A stretch of DNA of 37,942 nucleotides from Bacillota bacterium. Its GTDB lineage: Bacteria; Bacillota; Sulfobacillia; JABLXB01. Under the pieces are notes generated by a model. That model did not search any database. It worked only from the letters and a program-made list of their open reading frames with translations, and was not told the DNA's origin. The translations under genes were made by a program, and so were the position numbers. Below, one piece after another: positions 7,426 through 17,205 of the stretch. The stretch is from NCBI GenBank assembly GCA_018434225.1, contig JAHDPS010000002.1, positions 1-37,942 of the forward strand, read 5' to 3'. How positions within the stretch are numbered: the first letter of the stretch is position 1; each line of letters starts with the position of its first letter.

Positions 7426-9960
7426 TTACTCCTCTATCATATAACGCACGGCGATGTCCCTCCCATCGGTGGTAACGATCACGGCGCCGCGCTCGTCGGT
7501 GCGCAGTACCTTGGGGCATGCTGCGTGCAGGCGGGCCACGGCTCGCCTATCGGGTAGGCCGTGACTGTTGAATCCGCAGGAGACGACGCATACTTCCGGT
7601 CTCACGGCCGCGAGGAAAGCGGGGCATGATGAGAGGTTGCTCCCGTGGTGCCCCACCTTCAGGACGGCCGCCTCCAACCCCGTCGGCCTGGCGGCGCCGG
7701 CAGCCTCGCCCGGCCACGCCGCTCCCTCTTCGGCCTTACGGATGAGCAACTCCTCCACCGCGGTGCCCGCGTCCCCCGTCAGGAGGATGCGAACCCGTCC
7801 AAAGGTGATCATTAGCACGATGGACCTGTCGTTTTCCCCATTCTCGTCGGTTTCGCCCTCTACGCCGGATTGAGGGTGCAGTACCTCGAATTTTACGCCG
7901 CCGCTGTCCCACGAATACCCGGCCGATACCTCCTCCACCATCCACGAGCCCGAGGCCAGGGCGACAAGCGCGGAGTCGGCGGCGATATCCGTCGCGCCGG
8001 TTCCGGTTGTGGGGGTTCCGGCCGGGCGACCGCCACGAGAGACCGCCCGCGAGGCTACCTCCTTCGAACCGCGCCTCACCAGCACGACCCCGTAAGGAAA
8101 GGCCTCGAGGATGTCGAGCAATCCACCATAATGGTCGTCGTGGAGGTGGGTCAGTAGGACCCTGTCGAGCGAGCGCACCCCGAACCATCTCAGGCACGGT
8201 ATTATGGCCGCCTTGCCGGCTGAGTCCCTGCCATTCCTCCCGGGAGGGCCCGCGTCCACCAGCAGGGTCTCCCCACAGGGGGTCATCACGAGAGCGGCGT
8301 CCCCCTGCCCCACATCGACGAAAACGACCCTCAGGGAGGAGCAGTATCCACCGGAGGCATGGAGGAGCATGACGGACAGCGTCGCGAAAAGGACGACGGC
8401 CGCAACTCTCGCTCTGGCGCGACGGTCCGCCAGGCGCGCGGGAGGATACGCCCTGCACACCAGCCACAGCACCGCATAGTAAGCCAGTGACTCCGGAATC
8501 GAGGGCGGCCTGACGTCAAAGTACGACCCGGGCGCCCGCACCATCAGGGACGTGGCTGCGAGCACGAACCGGAGCATGAGCCTGTTGGGCATGTTTGCGA
8601 ACAATCCGGCTACAGGGCAGATGGACCCCAAGAGCATGGCGGCCGAGCCGAGGGTGGTGCTGTAGCCCACCACCGGCACCACCACCGGGTTCGCCACCAG
8701 CGACGCGATCGAGACCTCCTGGAACTGGCGCATTACGACGGGGAGTATCGCCGCTTGCGCGGCCACAGTCATCGCGATGGGGCCGCGAACCACAGGGGGA
8801 AGGAACGCCAGCGCGGCCTCCACCCTGGGCGAAATGGATATGATCCCGCACGTCGCCCCAAAACTAAGATGAAAACCGGGGTCGAATAGTGACCCGGGCC
8901 ACATCGCGACGACCAGCACCGACGCAAGGGCCAGCGAGGTGGGTGAATCGGCTCTTCTCTGGACGTACGGACCCAGGTGAGCGGGGACGGCCATGATCGT
9001 GGCGCGCATGACCGGCGGCTTCAGGCCGGTGAGCAAGGCGTAGGCCGGCAACGCCAAAATACCCGCGATGGTGGCGTTCCGCCTGGGCACGCCGGCGCGT
9101 TTCAACAGCGACATTATCGAACCGAAGATGAATCCAACGTGCAGACCCGAAACACTCAGGATGTGGAAGACGCCCGCGTGCCTGAAATCCTTTTCCACGC
9201 CTTCGGGCAGGGACGACTTCGACCCGAGCACGATGCCCTTCAGCAAAGCCGCTTGGTCCGGCGGCAGGCTGTCATCCGCCGCTTTTTCTAGGCGCTCCCT
9301 CAGACAGAGGGCCGCGCGTACCAAGGGATTCCCTCGCCGGCCCGGGATGACCTCGACGCCACCCGCGTCTGACAACATCTCCATCTTGATGCCCTGAGTG
9401 GCGAGCCAGGCGGCTCGGTCGAATCCGCCCGGGTTGGTGGCGGGCTTGGGCTTGCGGCAGACCCCTCGAATCTTAATGGAATCCCCGTACCGGATACGCG
9501 GAGGCGCCTCCCCGTCCCCGCATGTCACCCTGACCAAAACGAGGCCCCGCACCTCACGCGGTCCCGCACCGTCGCCGGCCGCCTGGCATACCGAGACCTT
9601 GAAACGGATCGAATTGCCCGTCGAGACGGGTGCGTCTACAACCGTTCCGCGCGCGCGCATCGACTCGCCGTGGAACTGGGACGTTCCGCCCTGGCAAGCC
9701 CGCTCCCACGCGGAATACCTCAGGTAGCCCGCCGCGAGGCTCATGGTCAGGCACGCAGCCAGGGCAAGGCGGAGTCCGGGTTGTCCGCGCCCTCCGGACC
9801 CCCGTTGCGCCCGCGACGGAAGCCGGGAAACGAGCCATGCGGCCCCGCCTCCGGCCGCCCAGAAAGCGAGCGGCGGAAGGCTATGCAAGGCCCTATGCGA
9901 TCCCGCGTACCATGCGCCGGAGAGAAAGAAACACGCCAGTATACAGAGGTTTCTGTGCAC
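7426..9960 (-). CDS. comEC: DNA internalization competence protein ComEC/Rec2 (with C-terminal metallo-beta-lactamase domain)
   Basis: 844 aa and polytopic. The competence domain is followed by an MBL region (VFVDVGQGDAALV, THLHDDHYGG, GHHGS). GTG start with a GGAGGAG RBS. Confidence 0.9.
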   Translation of the reverse strand: MHRNLCILACFFLSGAWYAGSHRALHSLPPLAFWAAGGGAAWLVSRLPSRAQRGSGGRGQPGLRLALAACLTMSLAAGYLRYSAWERACQGGTSQFHGESMRARGTVVDAPVSTGNSIRFKVSVCQAAGDGAGPREVRGLVLVRVTCGDGEAPPRIRYGDSIKIRGVCRKPKPATNPGGFDRAAWLATQGIKMEMLSDAGGVEVIPGRRGNPLVRAALCLRERLEKAADDSLPPDQAALLKGIVLGSKSSLPEGVEKDFRHAGVFHILSVSGLHVGFIFGSIMSLLKRAGVPRRNATIAGILALPAYALLTGLKPPVMRATIMAVPAHLGPYVQRRADSPTSLALASVLVVAMWPGSLFDPGFHLSFGATCGIISISPRVEAALAFLPPVVRGPIAMTVAAQAAILPVVMRQFQEVSIASLVANPVVVPVVGYSTTLGSAAMLLGSICPVAGLFANMPNRLMLRFVLAATSLMVRAPGSYFDVRPPSIPESLAYYAVLWLVCRAYPPARLADRRARARVAAVVLFATLSVMLLHASGGYCSSLRVVFVDVGQGDAALVMTPCGETLLVDAGPPGRNGRDSAGKAAIIPCLRWFGVRSLDRVLLTHLHDDHYGGLLDILEAFPYGVVLVRRGSKEVASRAVSRGGRPAGTPTTGTGATDIAADSALVALASGSWMVEEVSAGYSWDSGGVKFEVLHPQSGVEGETDENGENDRSIVLMITFGRVRILLTGDAGTAVEELLIRKAEEGAAWPGEAAGAARPTGLEAAVLKVGHHGSNLSSCPAFLAAVRPEVCVVSCGFNSHGLPDRRAVARLHAACPKVLRTDERGAVIVTTDGRDIAVRYMIEE

Positions 9961-9991
9961 GAAGGCTCCTCCGCACCGGCGCCTTTCCCAT

Positions 9992-10022
9992 ATTATACCA
10001 TTAATCCGTCAGGCGGTGTCAC
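9992..10022 (-). promoter_or_regulatory. Putative comEC-holA promoter with extended -10
   Basis: The reverse strand reads TGGTATAAT (complement of 9992-10000), with a weak -35 GTGACA/TGACAC 18-19 nt upstream. It lies across the stop of the hydrogenase protease gene. Confidence 0.5.
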
Positions 10023-10533
10023 TGTTAAGGTAATTCATTACGACTCTCGCGCAGACATCGATGGCTCGGCTCCAAGCCATTTTCAGTTGTGGAGACAGTC
10101 CCTCGACGGGTCCCGTGTAGGCCGGTTCAATCCCCACGATTGTCAGGGACCTCGTCTTTACCCCCGCCAGCCTTAACGACGCCAGGAGGTGCTCGGCCGA
10201 AAACGTATGCATGGATACGGGCGTATCCGGGCAGCCGCCGTCGCAACCCGCACCAATCCTAATCTCATCGGCGGATACGATGGACACAGTCCCGGGGGGA
10301 TCCCCCGCCTCCAGGGCATCCACGATGACCAGGTCGACGGCTCCACCCGGGCCTCCGGGAACCTCGGCAGGCGACCCTGCAAACACGCAGGGCAACACGT
10401 CCGGAGTACAGGTGGTAGCCCGCACGAATTCCACGCCGCCCGGCCAGGGCCGCGCCTCCAGTTCCTCCACTACAAGCAGGCCGACGGCGTCATCCCCCAT
10501 GAGCGGGTGGCCTATCCCCACGACCAAAACCAT
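10009..10533 (-). CDS. [NiFe]-hydrogenase maturation endopeptidase (HyaD/HybD/HupD family)
   Basis: MVLVVGIGHPLMGDDAVGLLVVEEL...VDLVIVDALE...SMHTFSAEHLL carries the GDD, DA and H metal-ligand positions of the family. I chose ATG 10533 (GGGAGGGG RBS). The upstream part of ORF 10009..10773 is non-homologous. Confidence 0.85.
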   Translation of the reverse strand: MVLVVGIGHPLMGDDAVGLLVVEELEARPWPGGVEFVRATTCTPDVLPCVFAGSPAEVPGGPGGAVDLVIVDALEAGDPPGTVSIVSADEIRIGAGCDGGCPDTPVSMHTFSAEHLLASLRLAGVKTRSLTIVGIEPAYTGPVEGLSPQLKMAWSRAIDVCARVVMNYLNSDTA

Positions 10534-10650
10534 CCCCGACCCCTCCCCCCGGCCCGGCAACAGCGCGGCGCTGCGCAGCAGCGTAGTGGCAGTACGGCCC
10601 GGCGCCGCCCGGCGCGCGCATCGCGGGTATTGCATATTATGTAATAGTCG

Positions 10651-11652
10651 TTGAGACCGGAGGGTGTGTCCTTGGATGTGAATGAGTTCCTGGATCTCAT
10701 GCGCACGCGTCCCCCTGACTGTATCAGGCTGGTGCTCACCGATCTCGATCGTTACCTGCGCCAGGCCGTGCAACCCAAGCCGCCCGTCGTATGGCTGGAG
10801 GCCAATGCTTGCTCGGGAGATTCCATATCCCTGATGAACGCTGTGGGCCCGGGCCTCGCTCAGATCCTATTCTCGATAATCGACCTCCGCTACGATAACG
10901 CCCTCATGGCGGCGCAGGGCCGGGACGCCGTCGAGGTCCTCCATCGCACCGCCCGCGCCAACGCGGGCGAGTTCGTGTTGATCGTCGAGGGGGCCATCTC
11001 AACCCGCGCGGAGGGCCGCTTCAGCATCATTTCCTGGGAGAACGGGCCGATGTCCACCGAAGGCCGCCCGGTCACCGCGCTCGAATTGCTCAGGTGGCTT
11101 GGACCCCAAGCGGGGACGATAATGGCGGTGGGAACATGCGCCACACATGGGGGCCCCTCGGCCGCCCGCCCCAATCCGAGCGGCAGCCTGGGCACATACG
11201 CCGTACTGAACGACCTGGTGCCACCGCGCAAGGTCATCAATGTAACGGGCTGCCCGGCCCATCCCGACTGGACTATGGGCACCCTCGCCCACATCCTGAT
11301 GTACGGCCCTCCGGAAGTCGACGCGGCGGGGAGGCCGCTCTTCCTCTACGGGAACACCGTGCACCGCCATTGCCAGCGCCGCTCCTACTTCGATCGCAAG
11401 TCATTCGCCTCCCGGCTTGGGGATCCGGAGTGCATGTTCCAGCTCGGTTGCATGGGCCCCGTAACCAATTCCGACTGCCCGTACAGATTGTGGAACACCT
11501 ACGTCAACTGGCCGGTCAAGGCGAGCACGCCCTGCATAGGCTGCACGACCACGCAGTTTCCGGACGGTTCCACCCCATTCTTCGCGCCGCTGCCGGTCAA
11601 ACGCCCGGAAGAAAGCGGCAATCGCGCCGCCACCAGGGAGGGAACACCATGA
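10651..11652 (+). CDS. [NiFe]-hydrogenase small subunit, no twin-arginine signal
   Basis: VVWLEANACSGDSISLMN, AVGTCATHGG, TGCPAHPDW, HRHC, CMFQLGC, SDCP and PCIGC match the small-subunit Fe-S ligand pattern. Start is ambiguous: TTG 10651 as in the track, or TTG 10672, which lies 7 nt after GGAGGG (10659-10664). Confidence 0.9.
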   Translation: MRPEGVSLDVNEFLDLMRTRPPDCIRLVLTDLDRYLRQAVQPKPPVVWLEANACSGDSISLMNAVGPGLAQILFSIIDLRYDNALMAAQGRDAVEVLHRTARANAGEFVLIVEGAISTRAEGRFSIISWENGPMSTEGRPVTALELLRWLGPQAGTIMAVGTCATHGGPSAARPNPSGSLGTYAVLNDLVPPRKVINVTGCPAHPDWTMGTLAHILMYGPPEVDAAGRPLFLYGNTVHRHCQRRSYFDRKSFASRLGDPECMFQLGCMGPVTNSDCPYRLWNTYVNWPVKASTPCIGCTTTQFPDGSTPFFAPLPVKRPEESGNRAATREGTP

Positions 11653-13154
11653 CAAAACGGATTACGGTGGCCCCGATGACTCGTGTGAGCGGCCTCCTCA
11701 GTGTCGAGGTGATCGTGGACGGTAATGTAGTCGTCGACGCGAAGGCGAGCGGCGGGCAGTTCCGCGGCTTCGAAATGATGATGGTGGGGAGACACGCGAC
11801 GGACGCACCCTACTTCACACAAAGGATATGCGGCATATGCTCTGCGGCCCACGGTTATGCCGGGGCGATGGTCAGTGATCGCGCTTACGGCAACGTTCTC
11901 CCGCCCAACGGGTGGATACTGAGGAATTTCATCGTTGGCTCCGAGATGCTCCAAAACCAGATACGCCACTTCTACCTCCTCGGCTTGCCCGACTATGTGG
12001 AGTTCCCCCCCGTGCCCCCGTTCCAGAGGCCGGAGGGCTCCGATTTCAGGCTTGGGGCGTCCGCGACCGGGCGGATGCTGGAGAACTACGTGCGCGCCGT
12101 GGATGCCTCGAGGAAGTGCCACGAAATGCTCTGCGTATTCGGCGGCAAGATCCCGCACCAGCATGGGATGGTCCCGGGCGGCGTATCCGTGCCGGTGACG
12201 GCGGACCGAGTCCTCAAATGCCTCTCCCTCCTGGAGGACGTGATCTCGTTCCTAGACGATTGTTATCTACCGGACACCGAGATCATTGCGTCGGCGTACG
12301 AGGACTACTTCCATATCGGCGGAAGACCCCCGAGGTTTTTTTCTTCTGGGCTGTTCCGCACCGGACCGCGGATGGACATACCGTTGACCGCTCCAGGCTC
12401 GCTGGCTGACGGCCGGCTGGAGCCTCTGGACACCACGTTCATACGCGAGCACCTGCGTCACTCATGGCTCACCGCCCGCACGCCGGATGGTCCACCGGAG
12501 CCGGATCCCGGCAAGCCGGGCGCATACACCTGGTGCGCGGCCCCTCGTTACCGCGGCCTGGCCTTCGAGGTGGGGCCTCTCGCGCGGCAATCGGTGAAAG
12601 CAGCGCACGAAAGGGCGCTGAACGGCGTGAAGGGCCTCCTCGTCGAGCGCGATCCCGCACCCTCCTGCGGGCCGGCCGGAGCGGCTTTCCCGCGGGGAGC
12701 AGCCACAATGGACAGGATCGCGGCCCGAACCGCCGAAGCGAGGGAGATCGCGTCGATATTATGGGATTTCCTCAAGGCGCTCGAGCCGGGCGAACCAACC
12801 GTGAGCCATAACCCGTCTCCTGTGGAATCGTGTGTATCCGCGATGGTGGAGGCGCCCCGCGGGACTCTGAACCACACCATGCTCCTGGAAGGGGAGCAAG
12901 TGCTCAAGTACAACATAATCACGCCCACCGCCTGGAACTTCTCCCCCCACGACGACGCGGGGAATCCCGGCCCGGTGGAAGAGGCGCTGATATGGACGCG
13001 GCTCGCCGATCCACACCACCCCGTGGAGATCGGCCGGATCATCCGCGCATTCGATCCGTGCATGTCGTGCGCGACCCATGTCATCAGGCCGCGCGGGATG
13101 ACGATGGGCGCGACCTTTCCTGCGCCGAATGAAGGGGGAAATTCCGATGCATGA
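11649..13154 (+). CDS. [NiFe]-hydrogenase large subunit (501 aa, with cleavable C-terminal extension)
   Basis: The L1 motif is FTQRICGICSAAH. The L2 motif is RAFDPCMSCATH, followed by a 24-aa tail. ATG 11649 overlaps the small-subunit TGA (ATGA). The first 185 codons of ORF 11094..13154 are only an out-of-frame read through the small-subunit gene. Confidence 0.92.
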   Translation: MTKRITVAPMTRVSGLLSVEVIVDGNVVVDAKASGGQFRGFEMMMVGRHATDAPYFTQRICGICSAAHGYAGAMVSDRAYGNVLPPNGWILRNFIVGSEMLQNQIRHFYLLGLPDYVEFPPVPPFQRPEGSDFRLGASATGRMLENYVRAVDASRKCHEMLCVFGGKIPHQHGMVPGGVSVPVTADRVLKCLSLLEDVISFLDDCYLPDTEIIASAYEDYFHIGGRPPRFFSSGLFRTGPRMDIPLTAPGSLADGRLEPLDTTFIREHLRHSWLTARTPDGPPEPDPGKPGAYTWCAAPRYRGLAFEVGPLARQSVKAAHERALNGVKGLLVERDPAPSCGPAGAAFPRGAATMDRIAARTAEAREIASILWDFLKALEPGEPTVSHNPSPVESCVSAMVEAPRGTLNHTMLLEGEQVLKYNIITPTAWNFSPHDDAGNPGPVEEALIWTRLADPHHPVEIGRIIRAFDPCMSCATHVIRPRGMTMGATFPAPNEGGNSDA

Positions 13155-13425
13155 GATATCCGCCGCTCACGGGGTCCTGCAGGCAATCCTGGGGGAAGCC
13201 TCCAGCCGGGGTCTGCTCAAGGTCACGCGGGCGGAGGTGAGTGTGAACACGAGCGACGGACTGTCGCCGGACAACCTCGCGCACTGGTTCCAGTCGATGA
13301 GCGAAGGGACATTGGCCGAAGGCGCGGCAGTGGTGGTCCATGCCCTCTGCGAGGCGGACGCGGATTGCCCCCGACCGGGAGACATACGGCTCGATATGCT
13401 GGAAGGCATCATTGAGGAACCGTAA
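13147..13425 (+). CDS. HypA-like nickel-insertion protein, truncated type lacking the zinc CxxC pairs
   Basis: The 92-aa protein starts with the HypA MHE motif (MHEISAAHGVLQAILGEA...KVTRAEVSV...LSPDNLAHWFQSMSEGTLAEGAAVVV). AAGGGGGA RBS. 8-nt overlap with the large-subunit gene. Confidence 0.7.
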   Translation: MHEISAAHGVLQAILGEASSRGLLKVTRAEVSVNTSDGLSPDNLAHWFQSMSEGTLAEGAAVVVHALCEADADCPRPGDIRLDMLEGIIEEP

Positions 13426-13465
13426 CCTGGGCTTCGCGGACACCCCCGCTAGGCCGGACCACACT

Positions 13466-14092
13466 GTGGCGAATCGGGCCGGTTCCGAATTCGACAGCCT
13501 CGCCTCCGCTTGGGATCAGCGCGCGCCGGTGCGAGCCGGCTTTCTCGAAAACGTGATCCAGGCCGCGCACCTCTCCCACGGCGATAGCGTTGTGGACGCC
13601 GGCGCAGGCACCGGCATCCTGTTGCCTCATCTGGCCAGAGCGGTGGGGGCCGGCGGCAGAATACTGGCTGTCGATCCGAGCAAGGCGATGCTCGAGCGGG
13701 CAAGGTTGAGAGCGAAATCCTGCTCGGGAAACGGTGCCGATGGCTTCCCGGACATCACCTTCTACTGCGGCTGCGCAGAATGCCTGCCGGCGCGCGACGG
13801 CGCCTTCGCCGCGATCGTATTCCTCCGATCCTACCCCCACTTGGTGGACAGGAGGCGGGCGCTTCTCGAGGCTCACCGCATCCTGGGGCGCGGGGGAAGA
13901 TTGGTGATAGCCCACCCGGAGCCGCCGGATAAGGTAAACGCAGTCCACAGGACCATGGGTGGCGTGATGGCCGGCCACATCCTGCCCGAGCCGGCCGTTT
14001 TGCGCGGTGATGTTCTGGCGGCGGGCTTTGCGCGTGCGGATATCCTGATCTCCGGCGAAGGGTTCATACTTGCCGCTGACCTGGGGAGATGA
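13466..14092 (+). CDS. Class I SAM-dependent methyltransferase
   Basis: Motif I is VVDAGAGTGILLPHLA and the post-I region is RILAVDPSKAMLERA. The ORF opens at 13340 but would overlap hypA by 86 nt. GTG 13466 gives a typical FDSLASAWDQ N-terminus. The start is uncertain. Confidence 0.75.
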   Translation: MANRAGSEFDSLASAWDQRAPVRAGFLENVIQAAHLSHGDSVVDAGAGTGILLPHLARAVGAGGRILAVDPSKAMLERARLRAKSCSGNGADGFPDITFYCGCAECLPARDGAFAAIVFLRSYPHLVDRRRALLEAHRILGRGGRLVIAHPEPPDKVNAVHRTMGGVMAGHILPEPAVLRGDVLAAGFARADILISGEGFILAADLGR

Positions 14093-14111
14093 AGCGCAGG
14101 CTCGACAATCG

Positions 14112-14139
14112 CGAGGGCTGCGGTTCCCCGCAGCCCTCG
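14112..14139. terminator. Bidirectional terminator hairpin between the methyltransferase gene and groEL
   Basis: The stem is a perfect 12 bp, CGAGGGCTGCGG-ttcc-CCGCAGCCCTCG, between convergent genes. There is no long U tract. Confidence 0.6.
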
Positions 14140-14166
14140 AGTTGTGGCAATTGAACGGCCGCCCGT

Positions 14167-15798
<1,632 letters not shown>

Positions 15799-15833
15799 CT
15801 ACCTCCTTAATTGGTAATGAGAGCGGCCATCCG

Positions 15834-16115
15834 CTATTTCACGGCAAGGATATCGCTCTCGCGAAGGATCAGGTACTCCTCGCCGTCGATCTTGACCTCG
15901 GTCCCGCTGTACTTGGAGAAGATCACGCGGTCACCCGCCTTGATCTCGGGAGAAAGCTTCGTACCATTGTCCAGAACGCGGCCGGGTCCCACAGCTATTA
16001 CCTCGCCCTCGATGGGCTTTTCCTTCGCGGTATCCGGAAGCACGATGCCGCCCTTCGTCTTCTCCTCCTGAGTGATCGCCTTTACAACCACCCTATCGGC
16101 AAGAGGCTTAATCAT
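15834..16115 (-). CDS. groS: Co-chaperonin GroES (10 kDa)
   Basis: [46 protein letters not shown]... Start is ATG 16115 with an AAGGAGG RBS. The track ORF extends spuriously to 16166. Confidence 0.97.
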   Translation of the reverse strand: MIKPLADRVVVKAITQEEKTKGGIVLPDTAKEKPIEGEVIAVGPGRVLDNGTKLSPEIKAGDRVIFSKYSGTEVKIDGEEYLILRESDILAVK

Positions 16116-16152
16116 TGAGTCGGTCCTCCTTTCGGATATGTATGCTGGCCTG

Positions 16153-16179
16153 TTAGCACTCACCACAGTCGAGTGCTAC
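16153..16179 (-). promoter_or_regulatory. CIRCE operator (HrcA binding site)
   Basis: TTAGCACTC-N9-GAGTGCTAc matches the CIRCE consensus TTAGCACTC-N9-GAGTGCTAA. It sits between the promoter and the groES RBS. Confidence 0.9.
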
Positions 16180-16188
16180 CAATTTCAC

Positions 16189-16217
16189 ATTATATCCAGG
16201 CAGTCCGGGCGTGTCAA
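16189..16217 (-). promoter_or_regulatory. Sigma-A promoter of groES-groEL
   Basis: The reverse strand reads TTGACA (16217-16212), a 17-nt spacer, then TATAAT (16194-16189). Both hexamers match consensus. Confidence 0.85.
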
Positions 16218-16226
16218 TAACGACTG

Positions 16227-16267
16227 GTGTGGGTTCGTGTGGGTGCAGGCGACCAGTGCAGGCGACC
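16227..16267. repeat. Two adjacent tandem direct repeats upstream of the groES promoter
   Basis: GTGTGGGT is at 16227-16234 and 16237-16244. GTGCAGGCGACC is at 16243-16254 and 16256-16267. Confidence 0.6.
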
Positions 16268-16308
16268 GGTATGGTCAGTCGCGGGCCGACATGGGCGACT
16301 CTCACGCG

Positions 16309-17205
16309 TCACCCCCCGGCATCCACCCGGGCAGCTTCTTCACGCGGTCCGCCGGCGGTGATCAGGGTGACGCCCGCGAGCACCGCAATGACCCCCGCCA
16401 CCTCGGCCATACCCATCTTCTCTCCAAAGATGAGATAGCCGAGAATGGTGGCGGCCGCCGGCTCAATTGTGGCGACAATCGACGCGCGGCTGGCCTGCAC
16501 CCTGCCTAGTCCCCAGGTGAACAGGATGAACGCGAGGAAGCCCGGACCCGCCCCATTGACCAGGATGAGGAGGTACGCTACGGGCGGAAGGTTTTCTGGG
16601 AAGATGGCGAGTTCGGGCCGGGCGTATGCGAGGACCAGCGGCAGGCCGAACAGCATCGACCACCATTGGACGACAAGGGGTTCGCAATCTACGACGCTCC
16701 TCTTCAGTAGCATCACGTATATCCCGTAGCATAACCCCGACCCCACGCCAGTAACGAGCGCGGGCAACGATACGGGCGAATCCACGCTATACACCCCCGT
16801 CACGAGTACGAGGCCTAATATCGTGACAGTGAGGGCGACGATCTTCATCGCCGTTATGCGTTCATTGAGGAAGATCCGGCTGAGCGCCATCACAAACACC
16901 GGGCTGGTGTAGTTCAACACAGATGCCACCGCGACGGTCGTCAGCGTTACGCTCAGGATGTAAAGGGGCTGCGCCGCACCGGGGCCGACGATCGCCAGCA
17001 AGGCGAATAACAAGAGATCCCGCGCGCGTACGCGGAACAGTTGCCGGCGGGTGAGAAGCAGGAAGATCGTAGTAAACGCCCATGCCACAAAGAGCCGCAA
17101 CAACGTGATCGTCATCGCATGGAAACCGTACGAGCTGAGATACCGAACGAGAATGCCGCCCACGGCCCACGTCAGCACTGCGCTCATTACCGCAACATAT
17201 CCCAT
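16309..17205 (-). CDS. EamA/DMT-family transporter (10-TM permease)
   Basis: 298 aa and very hydrophobic, with two EamA-like halves (AVLTWAVGGILVRYL...; ...GYLIFGEKMGMAEVAGVIAVLAGV). Confidence 0.85.
   Translation of the reverse strand: MGYVAVMSAVLTWAVGGILVRYLSSYGFHAMTITLLRLFVAWAFTTIFLLLTRRQLFRVRARDLLLFALLAIVGPGAAQPLYILSVTLTTVAVASVLNYTSPVFVMALSRIFLNERITAMKIVALTVTILGLVLVTGVYSVDSPVSLPALVTGVGSGLCYGIYVMLLKRSVVDCEPLVVQWWSMLFGLPLVLAYARPELAIFPENLPPVAYLLILVNGAGPGFLAFILFTWGLGRVQASRASIVATIEPAAATILGYLIFGEKMGMAEVAGVIAVLAGVTLITAGGPREEAARVDAGG

Noticed and set aside
10570-10579. Perfect 10-bp palindrome GCTGCGCAGC in the hydrogenase divergent promoter region
   Set aside because: Short GC palindromes are expected by chance in DNA this GC-rich, and no promoter context could be assigned.
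11094-11648. N-terminal 185 codons of the track ORF 11094..13154 (would give a 686-aa large subunit)
   Set aside because: This part is an out-of-frame read through the small-subunit gene (Arg/Pro/Gly-rich). Homology to hydrogenase large subunits begins exactly at ATG 11649, which overlaps the small-subunit stop.
13085-13110. Selenocysteine ([NiFeSe]) or frameshift in the large-subunit C-terminal motif
   Set aside because: The DPCMSCATH motif is encoded with ordinary Cys codons and an uninterrupted frame.
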